DNA from: Glaucostegus cemiculus
Lineage: Eukaryota
DNA length: 64,000 bases
Reading direction: 5' to 3'
Assembly (NCBI GenBank): GCA_976551045.1
Contig: CDPCPM010000125.1
Span: 1,612,001-1,676,000 of the forward strand
Notes under the pieces: generated by a model
Told to the model about the DNA's origin: nothing
The model's input: only the letters and a program-made list of their open reading frames with translations
The model's database searches: none
In this document: positions 14,133-27,420 of the stretch, in pieces
Layout: the number at the start of each line of letters is the position of its first letter
Position numbering within the stretch: the stretch's first letter is position 1
Program-made: the position numbers and the translations under genes

Positions 14133-14777
14133 GTAAATTACTTCAGCCAGATATTTGACGACCAAGGCAACAACTATTTCTCTGACATGGGGTTGGGAGA
14201 GTGGTGGAGGAAGCGGAAGGCGGCATTGGAAAGGAGCCACTTTCTCACATCGTCTTATATTAATTCTATTTAATGCAATTACAAAAATCAATCAAGTACA
14301 AGGGCGTGTTGCAATTCTGGATAATTACCTCCTGCACATTGGACCTTAAGAAAGGAAGGAGCTCAAAAGAATGAAAATGGTACAACCGATTTGATACCAG
14401 TTGGTTAGGGCACCAGCCAGCGGTGATGGAGATGATTATAATTTTATTTTAAAACGGCAACGTCTCACCAAGAAAAGTCCATGAAGATTATACATGACTT
14501 TTCTTCATGTTTGAAGTACCAGTTTGTACTGGGTTTCGGGGAAGTCAGAAAGAGCGATCTGAACAGTTTGCACCGAGAATTTGTTCATTTCTGGTCAGTT
14601 GTAGCTCAATATGTGCAATTTCTACTACTAAGTCTGTTGAAAATCAGTTTGTTGGATTTCACAATAATAGCAGCAGTGTGACAATGATGAAGGCTGAATT
14701 GCCCCAGATGAATCCCTTTCCCTATGAGGTTAAACCAAGGCTTCATCGGTCCTCGTATGTTGACATAATCTTTCCCG

Positions 14778-14992
14778 NNNNNNNNNNNNNNNNNNNNNNN
14801 NNNNNNNNNNNNNNNNNNNNNNNNNNNNNNNNNNNNNNNNNNNNNNNNNNNNNNNNNNNNNNNNNNNNNNNNNNNNNNNNNNNNNNNNNNNNNNNNNNNN
14901 NNNNNNNNNNNNNNNNNNNNNNNNNNNNNNNNNNNNNNNNNNNNNNNNNNNNNNNNNNNNNNNNNNNNNNNNNNNNNNNNNNNNNNNNNNNN
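14778..14992. other. Assembly gap (N run)
   Basis: Run of n. Confidence 1.
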
Positions 14993-15119
14993 TGCAATGA
15001 TGATGGTGGTTGTTCCCTTGTCTGTTGAATGTGGTTACAGTGTGAATAGGAATGTGTACTTTGCGTTTGCGAGTTTTGTTTCGGATCAATTCTCTCCTTA
15101 ATAGCAAATTTTTCTACAG

Positions 15120-15146
15120 GCAAAGATTTTTCCAGTAAATATGCAG
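15120..15146 (+). CDS. Micro-exon, 27 nt: GKDFSSKYA
   Basis: aatttttctacag|GCAAAGATTTTTCCAGTAAATATGCAG|gtaaaa. Confidence 0.7.
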
Positions 15147-15824
15147 GTAAAATTGAAACATTTCTTGTTTTGATTATTTCTTCTGATTTGACAATACTGG
15201 AACATGAAGAGAGCGATAAGATGATCTCTTAGTTTGAACCAGCGCTGTATTGTAAAATTCATGACGCTGTAATCCTATGCACCTAATATAAGAGTTATAC
15301 TGTTTCCCTTTGAAGCATCACCACTTTTTGTGTTAACTATGATTAATGGTTAAGCACTCCGCAGTCGTAATATAGCAACTCACTGTGCAAAACTAAGCTA
15401 TTCGCCCGAAATGTTTTTTTCTTTCCATCAAAGCTTTAAATCTCAACAGGGGGAACTTGATGCACAAGTCCAAGAATCGCGGGAGGCAGCAGCACAGGCA
15501 AATAAAGTGGTTGAAATGGCATGCGGAGTATTTGCTTTCATTCGGAAATGTCATGGAAAGTTTTTAATTATTAAGACTTCAGCGCAACCACAATCATTAT
15601 CTGGTAACTAATCCGCTAACCTACTGAGCTGAACAGTATTTATTACCTCATCCTTAAAATAACCCTAATGTGCAATAATAAATCTGCTTTTTCTCTGAAG
15701 TATATTCAAGTTTATAATCGTATACTTTTTGGTCAAAATCCAATTTTTTCGAACAATGTTTTTAATCTAGCAGACTTATTGGTCGGGCACGCTGGTTTAC
15801 GCCAAAAATATGCTACTCTTCCAG

Positions 15825-15860
15825 AAATTAACGAATTGAAAACAGCCTTACAAATGACAG
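15825..15860 (+). CDS. Micro-exon, 36 nt: EINELKTALQMT
   Basis: gctactcttccag|AAATTAAC...AATGACAG|gtgagt. Confidence 0.85.
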
Positions 15861-16029
15861 GTGAGTAACGTAATTTAAAAGGTTGGAAATTAAAGGCTAG
15901 TTACTGACCATGAGAGTAAAAAAAAGGTGTAAATGTTGTTTGCGCTACAAACAACTTCAGTGCGCACGCTGACCCAGTGGTTTTACGTTATGTTCGTAGA
16001 TTACCTTCAATCTCTTTTGGGTCCATAGA

Positions 16030-16580
16030 ATTTTGAGGAACAGTGGGAACTTGATGTACAAGTCCAAGAATCGCGGGAGGCAGCAGCACAGGCAAATAAA
16101 ATGGTTGAAATGGCATGTGGAGTATTTGCTTTCATTAGCCGGCATATATAAAAACAGGGAGGTTATAATCCAACAACATAAAACATTTGCAATTGAAATG
16201 TTGTATGCAGTTTTGGTCACCACGCGATAAGGAGGATGTGCAACAGAGAGAGTGCAGGGGAAATTGGCCAAGATGTTGCCTGGGATGGCTGACACTTGTG
16301 ATCGAGATTGGATAGGCTGGGTTGTTTCTTGGAACGTGCGAGGTCAAGGTGTCAACACTGACGGTGTATAAAGTTAAGAGAGGCATTGATAAAGTAAATA
16401 CTTTCCCTTAGGAGAAGTGAGTATTATCGGAGGGTATAGTGTTAAGATCGGGGGTAGTATATGCAACGGGAATTTGAAGAAGGTTGGTTGAAATCTGGAA
16501 CAAAATACCCGTGGTGATTGTGGAGACTACTCTCTCAATACTTTAAGAAAAATTGAGGTAAGAAATTGAAATGCCATGGC
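16030..16580 (+). mobile_element. Degenerate CR1 3' fragment; its first 92 bp are duplicated at 15451-15542
   Basis: cagttttggtcaccac, agagtgcaggggaaattggccaagatgttgcctgg match the CR1 ORF2 C-terminus seen at about 3235-3315. Confidence 0.8.
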
Positions 16581-17752
16581 ATTTCAATTTGAGTAACGGC
16601 TGAAGCAGAACATTTATTTCAACCAATTTATTGAACCTGCCAGGCTGCCTTTAAGGATATCTAGACATGCACTTCGTTGCGCTTGTTCCTTCATACCACT
16701 GATTATCCTCCCACTTATTCTGTATTGTGATTCTCGCATAAGCTTCGTTTTCCCTTCCATCAATGCTTTACATCTCAACAGAATATTCTTATTATTGTAC
16801 TGGGAACTAATTATGAGGAGAAGAGTGAAAAGCGTAGGGACCAGACATCTGTGGATTATAGAAGGTGTCTCAGCAGCCTGGAATCAGTTTCAGAGTAACA
16901 CAGATCTCAGTGCTGGCAAGGGCCCGTTAAGTTGCAATAAACTGAACAAATGTGGAATGATGCGTTCCTTGTACCAAAAGAGTTCTATGGCTGTTGAATG
17001 CTGCACTTTGAGCTCCAACGTATGTCAGTTGAGAATGAATTGTGCATCAAATGAATAGCGGAAGGGTTAGGTGCGAGCTTGACACCAAATAATGCCGAGT
17101 GTGCTAACGTGAATAGAAAACAGAGGTGCCTGGTCTAATTTTGCTGAAAATATAATGTCACCAGCAAATCTCATCAGCAAAAAATTATACTTATATTGCG
17201 CTGATATAAAATTCATCCTATTTCCAGGATTCAGTGTGTAAGTCATGGTGGATGTGAAGTGTGTATTTTCTAGTGAGACAATCTAGAAATAGTGGTCACT
17301 GTTTGACAACAACATTTACGAAAGAGATGAAGCGAAATTATGTCTCTCATGGCGTTCAGTCCTTTGATATTTCTTCATCAAATGGCTTTGGAAGTAGAGT
17401 CTTTGCAAATATTTAAGGCAGTGTTACATTGATATTTACGAATCAAAAGAACGAAAAGTTACAACAGATGTTTGGAAATGCAGAGCTGAGTTGTAAATAG
17501 ATCAGCCATTGTCGTCTTAAAAGTCGGATTGGTCTCAGGAGGCCACTCCTCCTTCACATTGGTAAGTTTGTATGTTCAGTGTTGAATAGAAGTCTGGTTC
17601 CTATGTCGATTTGCAATTTTCTGGACTTGTTTTGCTCTGTCGTCCCAAATATTGTTTCTCCCACTTGAGAATTACAAGTTCGATATGCCTTGGCCATTTT
17701 GTTTTGGAAAGTGAAATTGACGAACTGAAAACACATTATCCCTTTTCAACAG

Positions 17753-17779
17753 AAACGAAGTTATTTCAAAAGGAGATGG
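17753..17779 (+). CDS. Micro-exon, 27 nt: ETKLFQKEM
   Basis: atcccttttcaacag|AAACGAAGTTATTTCAAAAGGAGATGG|gtaaat. Confidence 0.8.
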
Positions 17780-18463
17780 GTAAATAAGAAAGAATCTCTT
17801 GTAATTTGCTTCTTAAAAATGTGTATTTATTTTGGAGCAGCTTCTTATCCAGAATATTGGCACCACTGTGGAGAGGAGAAAATAAGAAAATGGGTCTGCA
17901 TTGATGCAAAATTGCTTGTCAGACTCAGCAGGTTGTGAAGCATCTGTGGTCTACCTCTGGACTTAATAATTAGAAGGATTGAAAAATACGGAGGTAATGC
18001 GCGTTGTCTTATCTCCCTTCTCTATCTTCGACACAATTAAAGTTTCGGTCAGTTAACATCTCCCATGATCAATGCACAAAGTATTTTGCAAATAGTCAGC
18101 ATTTTTTTAAAAAAATCGTTCCCTCGATTTATTCCCAACTAATTGGCAACCGACAAAATGAATAGGGCCTCGTATTGGTTCTAAATTCTTTGTTTTAATA
18201 TTTACTTTATTTTTACTTCCAGCCAAATAGCTAATTCATTTGACCCCACAGAGGGTTGTTATATCTAGCGTGGTAATATTTCATTTAGCAAATTTATTAT
18301 ACATTCAGCCACTGTTCGCCGGTGCGTTCATTCCTCAGTTATTCGTAACGGAAAATATTAAGCCTGTATTCATTCTTTGTTTGTTTTGGGGCTTAATATT
18401 ATATTTCTAAGAGTTTAAGTGCGCCTGTATTTAACAAATTATGACCAGAATGATTTTTTTTAG

Positions 18464-18499
18464 AAATAAAGAATACTTTGAAAAAATTGAAGGAGTTAG
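18464..18499 (+). CDS. Micro-exon, 36 nt: EIKNTLKKLKEL
   Basis: T-run then ag|AAATAAAG...GGAGTTAG|gtaaga. Confidence 0.8.
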
Positions 18500-19204
18500 G
18501 TAAGATGTACATTCGGTTTAAAGGTGTCTATTAATATTCATATAAGTAGCATGTGTAAAATCTCGTTTCCAATATGACCAAAAACTAACCACCAATTCAG
18601 TTCATATAACACAAAACAATTATTGGCAGCGAGCGAAAGAAGCAGCGATAATCCAAAATCCTGATGAAAGGAAAGGGTTTTCATCATAATCATTTCTAAG
18701 ATACAAAATAAGTTGTGATTTATTTTGGGTTAGCTTGAATGTGGTAGAGCGTGGAGAACCGAACTGATGGATCGCAGATGTTCGGAGTTTTCAGAATGTT
18801 TTGCAGACACGGAAAGGCGAAACTATGGAGGGATTAGACACGCTATGATTTTTTTAAATTACGGCATGGCCACACCAGATGGGAACATCCGTCAGCCAGC
18901 GAAGGGGTGAACAGGATTGAACTGTGCAAATGAAGAAAAATGAAGAAAATACTTGTTAAAATCAAAACAGGCAGATGGGGCGGGTTGGATGTTGTGTAAA
19001 AATCGAGATATAACATTACTAATCTAGAGGGATTGGAAATTTCTACTGTCGACCAACTGGGGACAAGTTACTAAAGTGAAGTAAAAGACTTTGGCTTTGC
19101 AAATTATAAAAGGAAAGACAACACGGTACAATTTTGTATTTGATAACTGAACGAACATCATAATCGAATATGTTTTCGCTACACAATACCAAATATTGAT
19201 GTAC

Positions 19205-19250
19205 ATCAACAGAATGAACTGACCAGCGCTGGTCAGTTCATTCTGTTGAT
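19205..19250. repeat. Perfect 46-bp palindrome
   Basis: atcaacagaatgaactgaccagc|gctggtcagttcattctgttgat: 23-bp arms, no spacer. Confidence 0.97.
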
Positions 19251-19270
19251 TTTTCTAACCACTCGTTCAG

Positions 19271-19294
19271 ATTATAATCAGCAAGAGGAAGAGA
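19271..19294 (+). CDS. Possible micro-exon, 24 nt: DYNQQEEE
   Basis: ttttctaaccactcgttcag|ATTATAATCAGCAAGAGGAAGAGA|gtgatg; in frame and fits the 36-24-27 pattern seen twice elsewhere, but the donor is weak. Not counted among the 25. Confidence 0.35.
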
Positions 19295-19579
19295 GTGATG
19301 TTCCCTTTTGATCACATTCACTATTTTGCCTTTCCACTTCCAGTTCTTCAGTTTTTGGCAGAAAAAAACAATTTGCTGTATCATGTTCCGGGCCTGCACT
19401 GTCACTTGCAGCGTTTTCCAAGAATCAAAAGGTGCAATACTTGCGTTTTACCTCCTCACTTTCCAACGGCCTGCTCTTTCTTTTCGGGTGAAGGAGCAAT
19501 TTACTTGTACTTCCTTTTTAATTTGATGCCATGTGTCGTTGCAAAAACAGATTCGATTGTGGACCACATCCTGTAAGAC

Positions 19580-20030
19580 CTACCATCACAGAAGCCAGTG
19601 TGCAGCCAATTCAATTCATTTTACATGATACCAAGGCAGGGCTGTTAGAAGCTTTGGGGCCATAAAACACCTGTTTTGTGGTACTGAGGACCTGCGCTCC
19701 ACAACCCCTTGCTCCTCGAATCCAAACTGTTCCACTGCAATTAGAACAATGGCATGTATCCAGCAATGCCGAAAATTACCCAGGTTTGTCCTGTTCACAT
19801 TAAACAAGACAAAAACAATCCCACTACTTATCGCCCAATCAGCCGATTCACAGTGATCAGTGAAGTGAGGGAAATTATCAGCAATGCTATCAAAAAGCAC
19901 TTAACAATAAACTACTCAATGATCCTCAGTTTGGGTTTCGCGAGGACGGCTCGGCTCCAGACATTGTCAAACGTGGTACAAAAAGTTGGATTATAGAGGA
20001 GAAATTAGAATGGATGAGATGACAAAGAGG
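19580..20030 (+). mobile_element. Old CR1/L2-group LINE RT fragment (same family at about 38330-39040)
   Basis: ORF MYPAMPKITQVCPVHIKQDKNNPTTYRPISRFTVISEV. Confidence 0.7.
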
Positions 20031-21789
20031 CAATATTTGTCCAGGTAAAAGTGATGCCCATGAACTTCAAAGAAAAAATACTACATTGGCTGCTGTTATA
20101 CTTCCTACACAATGTCCTTATTCAAAATGGTTGAGGGGGAAAGCTAGTCGACTTAATGTTGATTATTTTTGGAAAATACTGGAATTCATTCTAGAAATGT
20201 TGATAGATGTGGAAAGCCATCGTCTGATAATGCAGAGTCAGAATGGCTTCATGAGGATGAGCATTATTCTAAAATTATTGGCATTGTTCCAGAGTCAATT
20301 CTGGAGAATGCTTCTTTTCACAGCAGAGTTTTGGACTGGAAGGTATGGTCTCGGAATGTACTGAAGAGGCCTCCATTTAAGACGGAGATCAGGAATAATT
20401 TCTTGTTTTTCAAAGGATTGTGAGTTTTTGGAAATCATTGCCACCAAACGCAGAGCAGTCTGAATTCTTGAATATATTTATTCCAAGCTGAGACATATAT
20501 TTTTAATCATTAAGGGAATCGAGGATTATAGGGAAGGAGTGCAAAAGTTAACATGGAAATTTGGATTAGCCATGATCTTTCTGAAAGGCATAGCTGTCTT
20601 GAATGGTAGGATGTTGCAATTCTGTTCATATTACTTAAGGTCTTTATTGTGAAATGATATCCCACACAAAATAAGATTATGATTGCCGGTGGTCAATTAG
20701 CAGACTCCAAGAGATCGTCAGGGTTGAATCTTAAGCCGGAGCATCTATACCTGTCGCATCATTAACTTTCCATCAGAAGTGGTTCCTTCGTGAGTGCATA
20801 ATATTCAATTCCATTCAGAGCTTTTTGGCAAATTAAATAATCCATGCCGAGTTGCACGCAGACATGGACCACTTTCAGACGTGGCAAGAGGTTACTTCAA
20901 AACTACAATGGATGGAGAAAATCGTTGGGATACTAAGTATATTTTGTTAAACACATGAGTATGGAGGTATTTGAAATATTGACTGAGAAGTAGATAAATC
21001 ATCAGGACCCAATGGATGCACTTCGTATTTGCACGGAAGAATTTGTTAAAATTGTAAACACAATGTATTACTCATTTTCTCCCTTGTTTGTGAGTATCTG
21101 CAGCATCTGGTGTTCATGTTGCTTAACTTATTTTGAATTTTCCTCTCTTTTTTTCTCATTCATGTGACGACACCTTGGAACATCTGAGAATGTGGCATCA
21201 GTTTCTATTTAGATATGTATGGCACTTAACATTATCTCAACACCAAAGAGCAAGAACAGCCGACACAGAATCTGAAACAGTGACATGAAACGCTGAACAT
21301 TACTCAGCAAGTCAGGCATGAAAGGTCACCCACATTGAACATTATCTGTGATCTCACTTCACTTATGCTCCCTAGTTTGCTAAATATTTCCTGCAAATTT
21401 TACTTTATTCACCTCGCTATTATCTGTCCGTCCAGTCCATGTCATTATTTCAGGAAGTTCTTATCTGGCACCTGTAACAAAATAAAAGTGTGAAACTTTG
21501 CGCTGACTCTGCACCAAATATGGCATTCAATTCCCAAGAATTCCACCACTCTACTTAGCTGCTATCCTAAACTGAGCTAGTTATTCGCAATGTTAACGTC
21601 ATATTGAACCATTAGTTTAATTTTGAATACGGATTAAGTTCCGAATCTAACCGTGGTTTTGTTGTTTCCGTAAAATTACTATAGCCACCAATTAACCCAA
21701 TTCCGAAACTTCTGAGTTACTACGGAGGTTCTCGTCCATGATATTATTCACCTTACTCTCATCGCAAGCTTGTTGGCTAACCCTCTCTA

Positions 21790-22065
21790 GTGGTTGGAAT
21801 TGAACCCGTTCGCCAGCGACCCGGCTTCAATTCTGTCCACTGTCTGTAAGGAGTATTACCTTTGTCCCCGTGTCACTGCGGGTTTCCTCCGGGTGCTCCG
21901 GTCTCCTCCCACATTCCAAAGACGTATGTGTTAGGAAGTTGGGGGGCATTCTATGTTGGCGCCGCAAGCATGGCGACACTTCCGGGCTGCCCCGAGGACA
22001 CCCTACGAAGAGATGCATTTCACTGTGTTTCGATGTACATGTGACTAATAAGGATAACTTATCCT
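21790..22065 (+). mobile_element. V-SINE (HE1/DANA-like) copy
   Basis: Core gcgggtttcctccgggtgctccggtctcctcccacattccaaagacgt; 3' tail shared with the copy at 31960-32100. Confidence 0.85.
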
Positions 22066-22484
22066 AGGAAAGTATATTCCCTCAGTGGACCTATTCTTCT
22101 TAACTGGAACGGTTTCCTATCAAAACAATAGCTGCACGTTTTCGAGGTTTTTGAACATCCATGAGCTCGCCAAAATTACCTCTGATACCTTTTTCTGCCC
22201 GACAATCCTTCAGTCTAGGCGATCCTTACAATTCTGACCTCTCGGGCCAACCTGGAATTAAGCAGTCTTGCGTTCAGCTCCTAAAATTCGAACCACTGGA
22301 ATTCACGACGAAAACAGCTCCAACTCTCAAGTTAGCCTTCCTCCTGTAGAGTATTCAATTACCTTGTATATTTGATAGTTGAAACTTACTCCCATGAGGG
22401 ACGTCTTTATTGCATAAAAATGCAAGTTGCTGTTACAGACATTCCGGTGATAATAGTCCGTTATATTATTTTAAATCTTTGCAG

Positions 22485-22511
22485 AGAGTCAACTAATTAG
22501 CAAAGGCAAAG
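22485..22511 (+). CDS. Micro-exon, 27 nt: ESQLISKGK
   Basis: ttttaaatctttgcag|AGAGTCAACTAATTAGCAAAGGCAAAG|gttagt. Confidence 0.72.
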
Positions 22512-23660
22512 GTTAGTGTAAGCACGCAAATATTATCTACTGACAGATGAGATGCGAACATTAGTGTCAATGTCTGCGTGTGCTCGTCTCTGCTATTTTC
22601 CTTTGAAAGCATATCCTGATGGACCTTCGTGAACAGTGTTGTCCATGTGCTGAACCTGCTTCCAAAATGGTATAAAACAAATCTCTGGCTTTTGGATTAA
22701 CGATGATCGATAACCCACGACAAACATGTTAAACAAATAATTGTTAACCCATTTAAAACGTTTTCTCTGGTCAGATGTAATTTATGCGACCTGTCTTTGA
22801 ATTTCGTCACCCAAGTATATTTAAGCCGCATCTTGAAGGGCAATTCAAGTCACTTCTCAGTTGTATGTAATTTATCCGTTCAATTTGGTTGGTGGGGAGG
22901 ATCTTGAAGTCGAAGTGAGCACGTTGCCACCCCGGGCTATCGCCCTGTCTTTTCCCTTCAACTTTCTAACTTCCACCGTCATCGCCAGTACACACTACTA
23001 TTGATTTAAAATAAATATACAGTCTTCACAAACCAGCTTAGTGAAGACTGGAGACCCTATTCTAATGAATGTGGTAAAGTCAGACGCACCAGTATGAAGC
23101 ACAGGGTCCTATGCATACTTTGCTCCCTCGGCTTAGTATATTGGGAAGTGCCAGTTGCATCTGTGATCCGTCCAGAGGCAATGGCGAAAGTCAGATCTGC
23201 ATAATTTATTCACCTGTAATGTGCACGCTTGCGGAAGTCGCGTCGTACAACAAGCGTTTTCCGTGCAAATCAGTGACTGCTCCTCAGATCGATCCAGCCC
23301 ACATACTCCGGGTCAGTATCACTCTCCGTGCGTGGCATGAGTAAGTAATTCATGTCCACGTCTTAAGTGAATCCATGTCTTTGTAATGTTTTAACTTCCA
23401 TTCTAACTGGATTAACCACAATTGCTACTAAACCAGCTCTCTCCTCATCGTATGAGCGCAGGCCCATTGAATAGGGCGAATGGTGAAATGTGTGTGTTGA
23501 ATGCTTAAATATGTCCATTCGAAATGTATCGTACTTTTCGTTCATGCGACTTTTCAAAATATTAAGCGGGTTTACATTGTCGTTTCTCGATTGTCGTCAC
23601 AGAATGATTAAGATCTGTGGAATACATATATGTTTATAATTTTATATTATAATTATTTAG

Positions 23661-23687
23661 AACTTGAATCCAAATGCGGAGTTGACG
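23661..23687 (+). CDS. Micro-exon, 27 nt: ELESKCGVD
   Basis: taattatttag|AACTTGAATCCAAATGCGGAGTTGACG|gtaagt; same GACG|gtaagt end as 55061-55087. Confidence 0.7.
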
Positions 23688-24279
23688 GTAAGTAACAACA
23701 ATGAGGTTCCTTTTCCAATGCAATATTTGTTCAGGTCACTACTTTAAATTCCATTTCCTTTATTTCTAGTACTTTGTAACATCCTGCAGATGCTGTGCCG
23801 CATTTGCTTAACACTTACGTCCAGCTTGAAAATACATGAAGTACAATGGCGGACGTGAGTGCGTGTGTATCCATACATGGGCACTGCAGTGCCCTATTTG
23901 TACGGCTATATAACAGAATCCTCCCATTTTCAGCTCGGAAATTTTTGAGTTTGTGATATTTTGTGTCACAGTCGGCCTTCAATCACAACAGTCGCTGAAG
24001 CCAATATTAAGTTCTGTTGCCATCAGCCACACTAAAGAAGAACTTCTTTCCATGTCTGGGATAAACTTTCTTTCTATTCAACCTGTACAGGCATTGCACA
24101 CTTTTTGCCCTTTAGTTAAAGCTCTCCACCACCTCTTTTCAGCTAACCTTTCTGAACTGCAGTTTTCCAACTCTGGAACATTTTTTAAATTTCCCGTTTA
24201 CCATTTCTGCCACTATCATATCCATCCAGTAAAGCGGTGATAGATGCTGTACATAAACGTTCAATAGAAGCCTCAATAG

Positions 24280-24700
24280 ACAGAGAGGCGTGGAGTCTTA
24301 CAGTCGTACGGCGTTGAAATGGGTCCTTCGGCCGAACTCGACCATGCAGCACTTGGTCCAGAACCCTCCATACCGAATCAATTTAAGCGTTCACCTAGAC
24401 ATTTTAGTGTTTTCAGCAACACAGCTTCAAGCGCACTCTCAGGCAGTGCATTCCGAATACTTACTATTCTCTGGGTGGAGGTGCTCCCCATCTATGAATC
24501 TATTTCCCTTTACCATAAACCCATGTCCTTTAATTTTATCTACCTCTGATATGGGGAAAGGTTTCCTGCAGTCCATCCCATCCATACCTGCCGTAATTTT
24601 ATATATTTCAGTCATGTCCCCTTAACCTTCTCCGTTACAGGGAGATAAGACGCAGCTTCTGCAGCCCAGCTTATAAATGGATATCTCTATCCCAGACAAT
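24280..24700 (-). mobile_element. Degenerate CR1 3' end
   Basis: ggtccttcggccgaactcgaccatgc and caggcagtgcattcc...actattctctgggt correspond to the reverse-complemented CR1 tail. Confidence 0.65.
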
Positions 24701-25249
24701 TATACCAGTGTACTTTCAGCTGATATTCTAATGCTGTACTGAAGGATCGGTACATTCAATGGTGTCATTTTTCAGACAATACTGTACAGCGGGCACTGCC
24801 TCAGACTGTAGTCGAGCTGAAGTCATCCAACAGCACCCGTTTCCCAAAATGACTTCGGCACGATGGGGACAGGAGATCAAAGCGTTGCTCATGAAAATGT
24901 ATCACACTATGTTCCATGAGCGCAAATCCATCTTCTTTCGAATGTTCTGAAGCAATTTATTGTCGCATAAAGTATTCTGAAAATAAGGTATAGTTACTGT
25001 TACCTTGAATGACTTGCCTTTCTATGTTTCCTCAATCTAAATAATCTTGTAATTCTTGCATAGCAGTTTGGAAGTACGTGCAAATTAGCTGCTGTGTTTA
25101 CTGCATTTCAACGGTACCGCAGATAAAAACTATGTATCTTTGGCTTAAGACAAGTTGAAAGAGAATAAACTTTAGGTATGTGTAGGACACTTGACAATGC
25201 AATCCGTTTTATACTTGATTGTTATTTACTTTCTACTGACAATTAATAG

Positions 25250-25276
25250 AGGAAGAGCTGCGTGAAAAAATCTCAG
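25250..25276 (+). CDS. Micro-exon, 27 nt: EEELREKIS
   Basis: ctttctactgacaattaatag|AGGAAGAGCTGCGTGAAAAAATCTCAG|gtaaaa. Confidence 0.8.
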
Positions 25277-26439
25277 GTAAAACAACGCAACTTTCAATAG
25301 GTTTGTGAGAAAACCTAATCACGATTCAAACAAAAAATGTTCTCTCTGGTGAAACATATCTAAAGTTGTTCCTGTTCAGTAAGTAGTTCGAATTAAAGGG
25401 CGAAGTTTTCGGGAACCACTCCTGCCCCGTTTGTGAAAATCAAGTTAAGACTGTGTGCAAAACAACACGGGTGTGGAAAATGCTGAAATAAAGACCAAAT
25501 GTGGCCAGCACACGAGGTGGCCTTCTTCGAAAAAGCGTTAGAATTGAAGTTTACGGCGGAAGACGCTTCGTTACAAAATGCAAATCTACACTGTCGAAAT
25601 ACTGCTTACTTTCAGTGCAGCATCACCAAGTCAAACCAATCCGGTATCCTACTACAGTGGATTTAGCCAGGAAAAATTACTAATTTTTACGAGCTTGCGT
25701 ATAGCAGAACTAATAACATTCTGAGTGCAACGCTGTTCTCAGTTTATAATGTTTATATATTTCGTAAGAAAGGATCCTAAAATAAATCTACATATCCACA
25801 GCATAAGCGAACTGATGTTCCATCTTCATTTCCAGTCGATTGCTTTTTATTCTTCAACGGGTTAGAGAAATTGTATACTCGTATACTCTATTCAAACAAG
25901 AAGCATAAACGGAGAAATCAAGCTTACAAAATATTGTAGCTGATAACGCAGATGAGAAGTATCCCTTCTGGTAGTGGAATTCTTAACACGGAGGTCATAT
26001 TTTCCTGGTAACCTTTATGGGCACCAAATGTCTGGGGAGCAGAAAATCTAGCACATTTATTCATGATGGGCAGAAGGAGTAAGACAGCTAATTACACGTC
26101 AGTGAGCCGAACATCAGTTGCAGCAAAGTTATCGAGAAATAGTCCGAGTGAGAGAGAGGATTAATCTGCATTTGCAGGGGCGGTGGGTAACCAAAGATGA
26201 CTAGCGTGTCATTTTTTAGAGGATCGCCTGTCTCGCGAATCTGACTAAATTTTTCGAAGAGGTATAGTGTCCTTGAGGGTCGAGTAGCTTCATGTGCATG
26301 GACTTCAGTGAGACGTTTGAGAGCGTCCTATGCCTTAGACCAATCGAAAATATATGATCCTATGAAACCTAAGGCTATTTCGCAAATATCTGAGACTGGT
26401 TTGTAAATAGGTGGTTACGTGCATGGTCAGATTCCTTCT

Positions 26440-27420
26440 TAGTCTATCCCTGAAGTTAAACCATTATCTTCTGGTCGAAGCTATCTCCGTTAAGGCGAAA
26501 TATTCCTCACTCTTCAACATATGCCTGCTTCTCATAATTAAGCATTCTCCACTCTAATGAAAACAAATCCATCTGCTCCACTCTCTTCCTGCTGAAAAGT
26601 TCTTTCTCAGGCAACATCCTTGTGAATCTCCTCTGCACCCTCTCCAGTAAAATCACATCTTCCCTGTGCATGACAACCAAAATTGCGCACAGTTGTAGCT
26701 TCACTAATGTATTATATAGCTATCCGATAACCGATTTACTTTTATCTTCTGTGCCTCGGCTAATGAAAGCAAGTGTCCAGCGTGCCTTCTGAGACGTCTC
26801 TACCTATGCTGCTGCCTTCAGGGATCCTTGGACCTGCACTTCAAGTTCTCTTTTGTTCCTTGCTTTCTGGGGTCCTACCATATATTGTCTTTATCTACCA
26901 TTATTAGCCCTCCCAAAATATGCCTTATCGTTTTCACGGTTGAGTTCAGACTGGCATTTTCTGCCGATCTGACCAAATCAACAATATAGTTCTGCCGCCA
27001 AAGACTACCGTTCTCAAAACCGACAGCACCACCAATTTTCGAATCATCTGTAACTTACATCCGACGTTCACATCTAATTTGATAATGTACATAACAAACA
27101 CCAACGGTCCCAGCAGAGATCCCTACCGTACACCACTGCTCACAGACGTCTAAACTGCAAAATCAAATCTCGATCATCACCGTCAACCTCCTGTAACCAA
27201 GACAATGTCCGATCTTATTTGCCAAGAGAATCCCATGGGCGTATACGTTTTTATCCTGTCTTCCATGTTAAAGGCTTTACTCATGTCCGTGCGGAGGACA
27301 TCAACTGCACTAATTTCCTCGATAATCTTTGTCACCTCCTCAAAAAAGTCAAATTATTTAGACTAAATCTTCCTTTTACAAAGCCGTCTTTCGGATACAT
27401 CAAGTGCTTTTTATCTTGAT
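26440..27420 (-). mobile_element. Degenerate CR1 RT fragment
   Basis: Minus ORF HREDVILLERVQRRFTRMLPEKE...DLFSLEWR. Confidence 0.85.

Noticed and set aside
23023-23073. 51-nt in-frame AG/GT segment
   Set aside because: No polypyrimidine tract, and the Pro/Trp-containing peptide is unlike the repeat.
25150-25175. 26-nt exon-like segment DKLKENKL* with gtatgt donor
   Set aside because: Not a multiple of 3 and ends in a stop. At most a decayed exon relic.
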